NCBI GenBank assembly: GCA_012522895.1
Contig: JAAYJM010000096.1
Span: 1-63,164, forward strand
Length of the DNA: 63,164 bases
Source: Ignavibacteria bacterium
GTDB lineage: Bacteria > Bacteroidota > Ignavibacteria > Kapaibacteriales > UBA2268
Direction: 5' to 3'
This document shows positions 49,101 to 55,947 of this stretch, piece after piece. The notes under the pieces are model-generated. The model was not told the origin of the DNA and ran no database searches. It saw nothing but the letters and a program-made list of their open reading frames with translations. The position numbers were made by a program, and so were the translations under genes. Each line of letters begins with the position of its first letter. Position 1 is the first letter of the stretch.

Positions 49101-50869
49101 TCTTGATATGAACTGCTATATCTATATGTCCAAAAAGAAACGGGGCACTCTTCCGCTCCGCGATTCGATAAGTCAAGAGTCGGAGAGAAAAGCGTTGCAA
49201 AATTACCACTCGAAGACAGATAGCTATAATAACGAACCATAGCCGGAGCTGAGTGTGGAGAGCAAGTTGGACTTGTTCCGCTTGTAACTCTTTCCCAATT
49301 ATAAGTTCCTTGTCCAATCTCAGCTGACCAACCAGCAGGCGGGAATGTTTCGGAGCTAAAATCTTCAAAGATTATTAATGACTGAGGCCCCGAGAGAGCA
49401 ATTTGCCTTCCCTCTCCTGGGCTTGTTACTGTTGGTTCATAGTCTTGTCCATCTACTGTTATTAAAGTGCATTGAGCATTAACAAAATTCCCTGGCGCTG
49501 CGTCTTCTGCTATGTCATAAGTTAGCCAGAAATAGTTTGTGCCATGAAGCAACTCTACACTAACACCCATAGTAAAAATTTCTGTTGGAGGATTTATTGT
49601 TTCACAAACTAGATTTAGATACGTAGCTTCAAACTCATTGCTTGTTCCGGTAAACCACAATTTTGCATTTTGAATATCGCTTAAACTTGTGGTTCCATCG
49701 GTTCCAAATTCAAAATAAGTTATGCTAATTGGGTTCTGCTGTCCATCGCTTACAACCTCAATACCAATAATCTCTTGATTTTCAACGCCTTGCTCCATAT
49801 AGACGGATTCCATAGCTTGAGTTGTGGTGCTGGACACATATTCCATATTTTTGGGCAAAACATTTACGGTGTAATCTTCGACTTCTCCCTGAGTGGCTAA
49901 TAAGTCAGGGCCACATGGCTGAAGAACTGGATTGATGTTGGCATTCTGCATTCTTACTCTCATTCGAGCATTTCCAAGCATAGCTGTCGCTGGAACTAAA
50001 ATATCTCCCTCAAACAAGCCATCTTCATAAGATAATTCAAAAAATTCTCCTTCATCAGTAAAATCAAGGTTTTGATTCCAATCAATCCAAACTCCGCAAA
50101 TAAGGTTTTCATTTTCTTCGTTTGGAGTAACGGTAATTGGAACAATTTCTCCTACTTCTAAATCAGTAGAAATCTGGCTATAATCGCTATAGCCTTCTCC
50201 ACAGCTTGATGTATGGTCAATTGTTCCGAAGGCAAAGTTTTCAATCCAATACAATGTGCAGTCGGACAAAACAGTGCAGTAGGAAGGTGGAGTAGAAGCA
50301 TAAACTATGATGTCGTCAAGGTGAACTCCTCGCCCATAATAGCCTGCTGCCTCGAAAGCGATATAGACGGTATTGCTTAGCTCAGGCAATACTATTGTTT
50401 CTTCTGTCCAATCATATACTTCTTCTAAATATTCTTCTAATAAGATCCAATCGTCGTTAGCAGAAAGACGATAATAGACCCTTAACTCATCTTGGTCGGA
50501 GACCCAAGTTCTTTGAGCGTGCCAAAAATTTAATGTCGGCTCGTTAGTGTATTCTCCGAAATTTATTGCCGGAGTAATCAGCTTTGTAGCATATCCATCA
50601 TAGCTTGAAGACTGGAAAAGAGCTTTCTTGTCTCCGCCATGAGCAGTATTCGGCTGCCCGGTCGTCCCATTAGGGAATGTCCAATCAACAGCTCCAGAGA
50701 CATATTCTTGGGACCAGCCTAAAGGCAAAGCGCCCTCTTCAAAACTTTCAAAGATAAACAACTCCTCATTTTGAGCTTTCAAGGAGCCAAGTGAAAGGAA
50801 AAAAGCAAACAGTATTGCTAAAGGCAAATAGTTTAGCAAACTGTGGCTTTTACGATAGCAATTATACAT
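39932..50869 (-). CDS. giant (3645 aa) T9SS-sorted surface protein. N- to C-terminal: MAM-like/choice-of-anchor-J-like domains, GEVED-like domain, duplicated 326-aa units, parallel beta-helix region, about 10 YYWR-type FN3-like repeats, three 180-aa orphan modules, WGDD and GWN orphan modules.
   Basis: It is a single uninterrupted ORF with a signal peptide. Motifs seen are GEVEDYTVNV, PbH1-like repeats (NVTIKNTNIIG, NLTIQNNHIQ) and a C-terminal PNPATANTVIEF...GTYNLVI tail. Confidence 0.8.
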   Translation of the reverse strand: MYNCYRKSHSLLNYLPLAILFAFFLSLGSLKAQNEELFIFESFEEGALPLGWSQEYVSGAVDWTFPNGTTGQPNTAHGGDKKALFQSSSYDGYATKLITPAINFGEYTNEPTLNFWHAQRTWVSDQDELRVYYRLSANDDWILLEEYLEEVYDWTEETIVLPELSNTVYIAFEAAGYYGRGVHLDDIIVYASTPPSYCTVLSDCTLYWIENFAFGTIDHTSSCGEGYSDYSQISTDLEVGEIVPITVTPNEENENLICGVWIDWNQNLDFTDEGEFFELSYEDGLFEGDILVPATAMLGNARMRVRMQNANINPVLQPCGPDLLATQGEVEDYTVNVLPKNMEYVSSTTTQAMESVYMEQGVENQEIIGIEVVSDGQQNPISITYFEFGTDGTTSLSDIQNAKLWFTGTSNEFEATYLNLVCETINPPTEIFTMGVSVELLHGTNYFWLTYDIAEDAAPGNFVNAQCTLITVDGQDYEPTVTSPGEGRQIALSGPQSLIIFEDFSSETFPPAGWSAEIGQGTYNWERVTSGTSPTCSPHSAPAMVRYYSYLSSSGNFATLFSPTLDLSNRGAEECPVSFWTYRYSSSYQDKFEVYVNTTASLTGATLLGTINVSTTLPPVESANGWYEYTFNIPAQFNGPAVVMFKAVSAYGYSMHIDDISITTYPSDMEYVSSTTTQAMESVLMKQGAENQEIIGIELVSDGQLNPISITDFSFTTNGTTSLSDIQNAKLWYTGTSNEFEAENQFGETVGELSAAFNIAGNLELLHGTNYFWLTFDIAEGATPGNFVNAQCTSITVDGQNYEPTVTNPGEGRQISAPGPEPTMFFEDFTSETFPPLGWTAMIGQGTYNWERVTSGTSPTCSPHSAPAMVRYYSYLSSNGNYATLFSPTLDLSNRGAEECPVSFWTYRYSSSYQDKFEVYVNTTASLTGATLLGTINVSTTLPPVESSNGWYEYTFYIPPEFNGAAVVMFKALSNYGYSMHIDDISIATFPSDMEYLSCTTRQIDDPLSQGATEQAIIGIEVVTTGELNPLIATNFSITTDGTTSLSDIQNAKLWYTGISNEFEAVNQFGETLEVPTATFEISGEQELAPGTNYFWLTFDILENAVNNHWVDAGCLQVTVDGEDYTPTVTQPQGARQIQSPFSGVYTIGTDGDYPSLEAAFIDIALLGLSGDVELSILENQALSAALTIDQWNEVGLGGYYLTIKAGTPYITIERAATTEAVIILNNVNRVIIDGEFNEGERNLTIRNNATSGTNAVVWLKSLGNGLGCENVTIKNTNIIGANTSESTTTTLGIYAGGTTVSTSGAGADHDNLTIQNNHIQRAYYGINVLASSTGVNDNLNIIDNEIGSDNSAYFVWYRGINISYANAPVIANNYLRNLRLTTGSTNSAIEIGAGCGGALIKANRVIGVEQSTSGGWGAYGINISTATGNSDITIVNNEVADISTMNYSATSTTYNPFGIRIVGGTNIKVWHNSVNLFGYQGSAGSAGSLSAAFLVTSASVTGLDLRNNVFTNSLAGLDGSASYAICILGSATSFTDIDFNDYYAGGPFGVLGHIGTSYAVGNSKTTLEAWQTATNKDFDSKSEDPEYTANNHLLPTSTASPLVFAATPIPEVTDDILGNERGILPTIGAYEVELVGLMPPVLVSPLNNSYAVSRRPQFTWEPVEFAQTYQIQIATDENFNNVVAYQIGILTTSYTQNAQLAELTQYFWRVKGISSSAGGNWSQAWNFYTQGTLAAPAPVSPQNAAANLHSNVEFVWNGVTGANKYTVQVSGTEDFSDIEYEFADLTVTSQMITGLELVSKYYWRVNATNGLNISPWSNTRYFTTGAFATIGTGTATNTTTGYPAPYGNYYWGAKHQILVLASEIYAAGGFPGALASLSFNVADLNGSLPLTDFEIKLKQTTATALDASWDTDGFTSVYYNSSLVNNVGWNAHIFNSSFPWDGSSNILIDICFNNSTYSYCQSTYYTVTTNNSVRYYRGDNATVCSAPGAATLSTSRPNMLFGIDFGNIAPPKNLLPENGAVYQSLLPFIDFKDVEGATSYGLLVATDQNFTNIVINETELSSSQYQVPAGSELQQMTTYYWKANATDGYDISPWSSVWSFVTDGNLTAPVLLAPANNATEVSASLVFDWANVFTAATYQIQVAYEPSFTYIVAEELAEDSNFELGLEKSSTYYWRVRAGKPNFADPGPWSETWEFSTGASFQVGNGTLTNSTTSYPAPYGNWYQGAKHQILVLASEINPDGSFAGNLTSLSFDVAALNTTNELANFEIRMKQTTENILSTSWDNTGFTTVYFNPSLANVLGLNTHTFATPFYWDGVSNILVDVCFNNTSYGYNQSTYYTTTPFNSVRYYRADNQTVCTSPGSATVSSDRPNMIFDVEASGGLSTPYLIAPRNEAKNVMSKPLFDWTNVPSATEYQIQVAGDADFSDLIVDDITTASNYSTAELDFGANYYWRVKSISGDQSSQWTEAWTFETEYMYIVGEGTNFNEDNQYPAPYGNKYMGAKHQILYRASDIIASGFMPGEINGIAFDVAATNSCGALNNFSIKMKAVTQNALTNFDNSAGWVEVLAPTNYAPALGWNMHRFDTPFVWDGVSNVLIQTCFYTPSTTFNASTYYTATSYNSVAVKYQNGNPNICDARSASSVSMNRPNIGLIGKGMLAAPTLVSPLNNAINVPLFPTFNWQAVGPEDLVRYSIIVSENEDFTGRTPFAAEDITGTTIQAILPLKNNTVYYWKLRASIDEDIVSNWSEVWAFTTQLGAPTLAQPENNAVGVVLNRALSWNALEGAASYQLQLSLNSEFSTTLINQVGLNGLSYLLSNLELNTMYYWRLRAVDMFGNSTNWSETRNFTTVLATPTLVSPLDDVVSIALDPVLTWNSSADANQYQVQVLTGYSLDSTVYDFNTISLSAGIQGLEPSTWYAWRVRAKSSTGNFSNWATMWLFLTQLAEPTLLTPANNAGGVSYTNAQFTWENVPDADYYYFELASDSEFEEIIESEEIEYYNNYQVNNLLPNTQYFWRIQAYDDWYENYSSWSEIFSFRTAVGPVTLLSPVNNAVRQSLNPTFEWEAIEGATYHIQVSPYAHFGVTPVNAIGLTANSYFAQNALMNNHSYYWKVRASKDGVTGPWSDVFTFLTEPIDFTPWTLVETNNSSTIIVPSDAVSLIGDRSFVTGDAIGLFYDNDGIFACAGYGVWDGNELPITVYGDDLSTTEKDGYSIGETYLFKVWDNEAKDIYNAEPIFASGPDNYQIAAVSVLSSLEVLTTETQSLQLTNGWNMISSYLSPTAPNVVNIFAPIASNVRIVKNSLGQQYIPQWNINTINNWNIRHGYMVYMLADAELQVTGEKIDPVATPIYLQSGWRLSSYLRDNPIAAQTGFASIHNQLIVAKSGSGEVYIPQFNINTIGDLLPGEGYNLYVSANAELVYPSNVIQSRAGINDITPLPKYLIPTVKNTGNDATLVLDLGNSFNNQEVGVWSSKGELIGAAVINNGFAGINIWGNNELTQNDEGAIEGDYLLVKTYNPTDGKYSDLNLYQISELLSGTNPEYITYTQGAIYFAKAIAEGNAIAGDIAIKNIPNPATANTVIEFSLPNEGDVEIDLYSISGQKIASITSANFKAGIHTVNFDVSNLASGTYNLVIRSGFKQANQIMLITK
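42905..45385 (-). repeat. three interspersed copies of a ~180-aa orphan module (about 44845-45385, 43740-44265, 42905-43440), separated by FN3-like repeats
   Basis: Each copy starts G.GT..N.....YPAPYGN.Y.GAKHQIL and ends S..RPN(M/I). The shared internal motif is (I/V)D(I/V)CFNN / IQTCFY. Confidence 0.75.
47891..49846 (-). repeat. intragenic tandem duplication, 981 + 975 bp, followed by a diverged half copy (about 47450-47890)
   Basis: The MEYVSSTTTQAMESV codons recur at 49846 and 48865, and MEYLSCTTRQ at 47890. The peptide GQGTYNWERVTSGTSPTCSPHSAPAMVRYYSYLSS is identical in both full copies. Confidence 0.9.
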
Positions 50870-51106
50870 AATACCTCCGCTTAAAAAAAAACAGTTATTT
50901 GTTTAACTATTGAATTACTTTCAAGTTCACTTTTTTAAAACAGTAAAATAATCTAAAAAATTTAAAAATCAAATATATTTTTTGTTTTTTATGCAAAATA
51001 TTTGTATGAAAATTAATTGTTAAATATAAAACCTCCGCATTCTAATCTCAAATTAAAAAAAAATATACAATTTTGCAAAGAATAAAACATCTTATAAAAT
51101 AAAAAA

Positions 51107-52003
51107 TTGTTTTTTTTAAATATTTTTTCTAAAACGATGAAAAAAAGCATTACTTTTTTTATATTGCTGATACTTGCTTTTAAGGTAAATTACGCTAAAT
51201 ACGAGTTTAAATATAAACTCAATGTGCCAGATATAAAGCATGAGTTGCCTGCAATCCTTAATGAAGTCTCCGGGATTAGCGATATTGACTTCACTCGGGT
51301 TGCACTTATTCAAGATGAGCTTGGTATCGTCTTTATTTATGATTTTATTAAAGGGGAAATACTTTCCCAGCATAAATTTGAAGAAACTGGGGATTTCGAA
51401 GGGCTTGCCTTTACTGGAAATTCTATTTATATTTTAAGAAGCGATGGACGTTTGAGCGAATGGCGAAACTTTATGAGCGACAGCGCCGAGCTTATTAACT
51501 ATTATTTAGATTTAAAAACCAATAACAATGAAGGGCTTTGCTTCGATTCTAAGCATAATCGAGTTCTTATCGCTGCCAAAAGTAAGCCCAGGAGCCATGA
51601 CTTAAAAGAAGAAAGGTTTATCTACTCTTTTGATTTAAACACAAAAAAACTTTTGGATAATCCTCTTTACAGTTTAAATGTAAGCGAGGTTCAAAAATTA
51701 GCAGACAAGCTAAATATCCATTTCGATCTAATCAGCGCTAAAGGAAAGCAAAAAGCTTTCAATTTTAGACCAGCAAGCATAGCGATCCATCCTATTAGCG
51801 ATGAAATTTATATTATTTCTGCTGTAGAAAAACTTATTCTTATTATGAATAGAAAAGGGGACTTAGTGCATATCGAAAAACTTGATGAGCAGCTTTTCCT
51901 TCAAGCAGAAGGCATTACATTTTTGCCAGACGGCACAATGATTATAACAAACGAAGCCCGCGGCAAACAGCCAACGCTCTTAGTTTTCAAAATGAAAGAG
52001 TAA
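51107..52003 (+). CDS. secreted SdiA-regulated/YjiK-like beta-propeller family protein
   Basis: 298 aa with recurring (E/S)G(I/L) blade motifs: EVSGIS, FEGLAF, NEGLCFD, AEGITFLPDGTMIITNE. The likely true start is the ATG at 51137, which gives MKKSITFFILLILAF. Confidence 0.55.
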   Translation: MFFLNIFSKTMKKSITFFILLILAFKVNYAKYEFKYKLNVPDIKHELPAILNEVSGISDIDFTRVALIQDELGIVFIYDFIKGEILSQHKFEETGDFEGLAFTGNSIYILRSDGRLSEWRNFMSDSAELINYYLDLKTNNNEGLCFDSKHNRVLIAAKSKPRSHDLKEERFIYSFDLNTKKLLDNPLYSLNVSEVQKLADKLNIHFDLISAKGKQKAFNFRPASIAIHPISDEIYIISAVEKLILIMNRKGDLVHIEKLDEQLFLQAEGITFLPDGTMIITNEARGKQPTLLVFKMKE

Positions 52004-52057
52004 ATTGAATAATCTCAATAATATTTTTAATAAATTATAATATTTCAATAAAAAGCT

Positions 52058-52696
52058 ATGAAACAAATAATTTTTCTTTTTTCAACTATATTATTTTTAT
52101 TTATGGAAACAAATGCAAAAAATATAATCAAATTGAATCCGCCAGACACAAGTCGGGGCTTGCCTTTGATGAGTGCTTTGGCGCAGCGTTCGTCTGCAAA
52201 AGAGTTCGATAGCAGCGAAATTGACATAAAAGATATTTCGGATTTGCTTTGGGCTGCCAATGGTATAAACAGACAAAAAGATGAGAATAGAACTGCCTCC
52301 TCAGCTGCAAATTCTCAAGACATAAATATATATCTTTTTACAAAAAATGCTGTTTTCCTTTACAGTTCAACCAATCATACTTTAGAAGAAAAAGTAAAAG
52401 GAGACCATCGCCTTGCGATTTCCGGCAGCCAAACTGAATTTGCAAACGCTCCGGCTTTTTTCTTAATTGTGTCCGACCATTCTAAATTCAAATATGGAGA
52501 TGAGACGCAAAGGCATACCTGGGGCGCAATTGACGGCGGACTTGTTGCCCAAAATATCTGCTTGTTCGCATCCTCGGTTGGAATGGCTGCAAGACCTCGT
52601 ATTACTATGGATTATAACAAAATAAGAGAATTGCTTAAACTAAAAGATTCACAACAAATGCTTTTGAATGTGATTGTGTCTTATAAAAAACAATAA
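52058..52696 (+). CDS. nitroreductase-family (SagB/ThcOx-like) protein with N-terminal signal peptide
   Basis: 212 aa. It carries LLWAANGINR and GAIDGGLVAQNICLFASSVGMAARPR, typical of the nitroreductase fold. Confidence 0.7.
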   Translation: MKQIIFLFSTILFLFMETNAKNIIKLNPPDTSRGLPLMSALAQRSSAKEFDSSEIDIKDISDLLWAANGINRQKDENRTASSAANSQDINIYLFTKNAVFLYSSTNHTLEEKVKGDHRLAISGSQTEFANAPAFFLIVSDHSKFKYGDETQRHTWGAIDGGLVAQNICLFASSVGMAARPRITMDYNKIRELLKLKDSQQMLLNVIVSYKKQ

Positions 52697-52725
52697 AAAA
52701 TAGATAGAAAAGGATTTCATGCATT

Positions 52726-52771
52726 TCAGCTACGCTCAAAATCAGATCTTTAGATTTTTGAGCGTAGCTGA
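52726..52771 (+). terminator. rho-independent terminator between convergent nitroreductase and pfp genes
   Basis: A 16-bp stem (tcagctacgctcaaaa / ttttgagcgtagctga) is followed by ATTTTTTT on the plus strand. Confidence 0.7.
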
Positions 52772-52798
52772 ATTTTTTTCTACTTACTTTTTAAAAAA

Positions 52799-54007
52799 CT
52801 ACAAGTAACGATGGATCATTCCAATTTGCTGCTTAAATACTGGATTGTATTCTTCTGGCTCTCTGCCAAAGCAAAAATCTAATGATTCATAAAAAGAAAT
52901 TTCATTCAAATTAACAAAGCGCTGCTTAATTGCTTCGCGTGTAGGGATATAGGTTACTTCTTCGTTTTCCACTCCAACCACGGTAACCCCAAAGATTTCA
53001 TTTTTCATAAGTAAAACAGCAGCACCTCCAACTTGCTTCCCAAAAGTAACGTCATAACAACTTGAATCGCCTGAGCGAACAAGATGCCCCAAACTAATTT
53101 CACGTATTTCTGGAAAGCTATAAATCCCATCTACATAGATACCGTGCTTTTTCAAAAACGGTTCCCAATCGTTATCTTTATACATATAGCGTTCAAGCTG
53201 GCTTCTAACGTAAGCACCCGCTCCAACTAATCTTTTATGCCCAAAAGAATCTTCTTTGCTTGCATCAGAAAAATGCTCTCCTTCTTTACTTCTTACACCT
53301 TCTGCAACTACAATAATGTAAGTTGAGCCTTTGACATCACTTGTCTCTAATCGCTCCATATATCTTTTTTTAAAGTGCCTGTAAACAACTTCGTAATCCA
53401 CTGGGATTTCTGGAATTAGAATGCAGTCTGCCTCAGCGCCAATCCCTCCGCGGAAAGCAGTATGCCCGGCATATCTACCAAATACTTCAATTACCAAAGC
53501 TCTGTTGTGGGTTAGCCCTGTTGTCCGCAAATCTTGAGTGAAGCGGGAAATTCTATTTATGGTCGAATCTCCACCCACTGAATATGTTTGCAGGTCTAAA
53601 TCCATTGTTTTTGGAACGTGAACGCAGTTAATCCCTTGATTCACCAAATCCACCATAACCGAGCCAGTATCATCTCCACCCGCAATTATAAGTCCATCAA
53701 TATTATGCTTGATTAAACCTAAACGAATTCTTTCATATTTAGCAGGGTCGTTAATTTTCGATATTTTCACTCTCGAATGCCCAGCCTCGGAGCCTGCAAC
53801 TCCAGAATGAATTTTATCAACTCTGCTCTCGTCAATAATAATAGGAGTAAGGTCTGCAATATTGTAAAGCCCAGCATAACCGTTGGGTATAATGCAAGTT
53901 TCTATGTTAAGATGCTGAGCCATACGAACTGCGCCGGTAATGAATGCGTTTAATCCTCCGCAATCTCCCCCGCCTGTTATCAAGCCAATTCTATTCATTT
54001 TCGACAT
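52799..54007 (-). CDS. pfp: 6-phosphofructokinase, probably pyrophosphate-dependent
   Basis: PFK family motifs are GLITGGGDCGGLNA, GGDDTG and PKTMDLDL. The Asp in GGDD and the Lys in PKT are the residues reported to distinguish PPi-PFKs from ATP-PFKs. Confidence 0.8.
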   Translation of the reverse strand: MSKMNRIGLITGGGDCGGLNAFITGAVRMAQHLNIETCIIPNGYAGLYNIADLTPIIIDESRVDKIHSGVAGSEAGHSRVKISKINDPAKYERIRLGLIKHNIDGLIIAGGDDTGSVMVDLVNQGINCVHVPKTMDLDLQTYSVGGDSTINRISRFTQDLRTTGLTHNRALVIEVFGRYAGHTAFRGGIGAEADCILIPEIPVDYEVVYRHFKKRYMERLETSDVKGSTYIIVVAEGVRSKEGEHFSDASKEDSFGHKRLVGAGAYVRSQLERYMYKDNDWEPFLKKHGIYVDGIYSFPEIREISLGHLVRSGDSSCYDVTFGKQVGGAAVLLMKNEIFGVTVVGVENEEVTYIPTREAIKQRFVNLNEISFYESLDFCFGREPEEYNPVFKQQIGMIHRYL

Positions 54008-54108
54008 TTTTCACCTGCTTTTATGTTTTTTAAAATAATATCAAATTAAAATAATATCAATTTTTGTATTCCAAAATTACAATATAAAATTTAAAAATTT
54101 GAAATGCA

Positions 54109-54990
54109 ATGAAAAATTATTTCAAAAAATCTTTAAAACTACAATTATTTTGTATTTTTGCATTTATGGATAAGACTAAACCAATTGGAGTTTTCGACTC
54201 TGGAATAGGTGGCTTGAGCGTTTTAAAACAGTTTATCAAGTTCCTGCCTTACGAAAAATATATTTACTTTGGAGACACTGCGCGCGTTCCTTATGGAAAT
54301 AAATCTAAACAGACCGTTGAGCAATATGCAAGGCAATCTACAGAATTTCTTTTAGAAAAAGGGGTTAAGCTTATTGTGGTCGCGTGCAACACTGTTTCCT
54401 CAATTGCCCTCGACACGATAAAGGAAATTAGCAATATCCCAGTAATTGGAATGATAGAACCCGCTGTAAATGCTGCTTTAAGAGAAACTAACAATAAACG
54501 GATTGGCATAATTGGAACAAGGGCAACCATTTCAAGCAATGCTTATTTAGATTTAATAAAAACAAAAACAGCAAGCAAAGACTATCAAGTTTTTGCAAAA
54601 GCCTGTCCTTTGTTTGTTCCATTAGTCGAAGAAGGATTGCTGCATCACGCAGCTACTGAACTTATAGCTAAGGAATATCTTGAGGAATTTATTGAGAACA
54701 AAATAGATACTTTAATCTTAGCTTGCACGCATTATCCTCTTTTAAGTGAATTAATTAAGACAATTCTTGGAGATGTAACTTTGATTGATTCTGGCGAAAA
54801 TGCCGCTGTTTTAGCAATAAGACTGCTTGCAGAAAAAGCCGCTTTAATTGACGATAAAGAAGAATTTATAAGAAAGCCCAAAATCACTTTTTATGTAACT
54901 GATGTTCCAACAATGTTTTATGATGCAGCTCAAAGGTTTTTAGGCTTTCCAGTAGACAAACCAAATATAATTTCTATTGAAAAAATATAA
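54109..54990 (+). CDS. murI: glutamate racemase
   Basis: It has GVFDSGIGGLSV and the catalytic Cys motifs VVACNT and LACTHYP. The likely true start is the ATG at 54166. Confidence 0.9.
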   Translation: MKNYFKKSLKLQLFCIFAFMDKTKPIGVFDSGIGGLSVLKQFIKFLPYEKYIYFGDTARVPYGNKSKQTVEQYARQSTEFLLEKGVKLIVVACNTVSSIALDTIKEISNIPVIGMIEPAVNAALRETNNKRIGIIGTRATISSNAYLDLIKTKTASKDYQVFAKACPLFVPLVEEGLLHHAATELIAKEYLEEFIENKIDTLILACTHYPLLSELIKTILGDVTLIDSGENAAVLAIRLLAEKAALIDDKEEFIRKPKITFYVTDVPTMFYDAAQRFLGFPVDKPNIISIEKI

Positions 54991-55002
54991 ATATAAAATA
55001 CA

Positions 55003-55911
55003 ATGAATGAAGAAGAAAAACAATCATTAGAAAATAAAATAAAAGAATTAGAAGGACTTGCAGAGGATTTGCATGAGCAGTTTGCTCAATCTTTTTTCCA
55101 CTGCATGCAACTATTAACTTCGATTGCCTCGCTTCGCGAGTTTTATTATGACTCAAGCCACTCGCGCTTTGTTTCAGAAAAGTCCGTCGAGGTGGCAAAA
55201 AAACTTGGGATGAACGAAGCAGATGTTTACGAGGTTCAAGCGGCTGGCTTGCTTCACGATATTGGGAAGCTCGGCTTTAAAGACGGTCTGCTCGCAAAAT
55301 TTCCTAATGAAATGAAGGAAAGCGAATACAAACAGTATGCAACTCATCCAGTAATAGGAAAACAAATACTCGATAAAAACCCAAGCTTAAAAACTATTTC
55401 TGAAATAGTGCATCAGCACCACGAAAAAATTGATGGCTCCGGCTTCCCAAATCATTTAATGGGCAAGGAAATCAACCCCGCAGCAGCTATTATTTGCGTT
55501 GTTGACACATACCACAATATGATCGCAAAAAGACCCAGCAGCAAGCCAAATAGCCCTCTTGTCTCCTCGCTTGTAATCGGCTCAAATTCCTACCTTGAAT
55601 CGACAAATACACGCTTTGCTACTGCGATGAATTACCTGCATTCAAAGTCTGGCAATTTGTTCGATACAAAAGTGATAGAAGTTTTTACTGACATTATTAA
55701 AGCAGAAAGGCAGTCGCTTGGAAAAAGAGTGTTAATGAGAGTTGCAATCGACAAACTGTCGCCCGGAATGGTTATTGCTGAAAGCTATTACAGCTCTTTT
55801 GGCTTGCTTATAGCTTCTCAAGGAGAAACTATTACTGAGGAGATGAAACGTTCTCTATTTAAGCTATCTGAAGTGGGCGAGGTTCCTTCTCGGATTTTAG
55901 TTATGAAATAA
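55003..55911 (+). CDS. HD-GYP domain protein (putative c-di-GMP phosphodiesterase) with a ~70-aa C-terminal extension
   Basis: It has LLHDIGKLGF and HHEKIDGSGFP, a GFP variant of GYP. The C-terminal segment is IDKLSPGMVIAES...GLLIASQGETITEE. Confidence 0.85.
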   Translation: MNEEEKQSLENKIKELEGLAEDLHEQFAQSFFHCMQLLTSIASLREFYYDSSHSRFVSEKSVEVAKKLGMNEADVYEVQAAGLLHDIGKLGFKDGLLAKFPNEMKESEYKQYATHPVIGKQILDKNPSLKTISEIVHQHHEKIDGSGFPNHLMGKEINPAAAIICVVDTYHNMIAKRPSSKPNSPLVSSLVIGSNSYLESTNTRFATAMNYLHSKSGNLFDTKVIEVFTDIIKAERQSLGKRVLMRVAIDKLSPGMVIAESYYSSFGLLIASQGETITEEMKRSLFKLSEVGEVPSRILVMK

Positions 55912-55947
55912 TGCTTACTCTTTTTCAAAAAGCGTAAAGGTGCCCTT

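Noticed and set aside
25778-50869. Many 60-150-aa ORFs antisense to or nested in the giant genes, for example 27979-28428, 38657-39094, 47453-47779, 48794-49066 and 49063-49368.
   Set aside because: Each lies wholly inside a much longer ORF on the other strand or frame that has clear domain content. Their sequences are low-complexity mirror translations of the repeats and have no start context. I treat them as artefacts.
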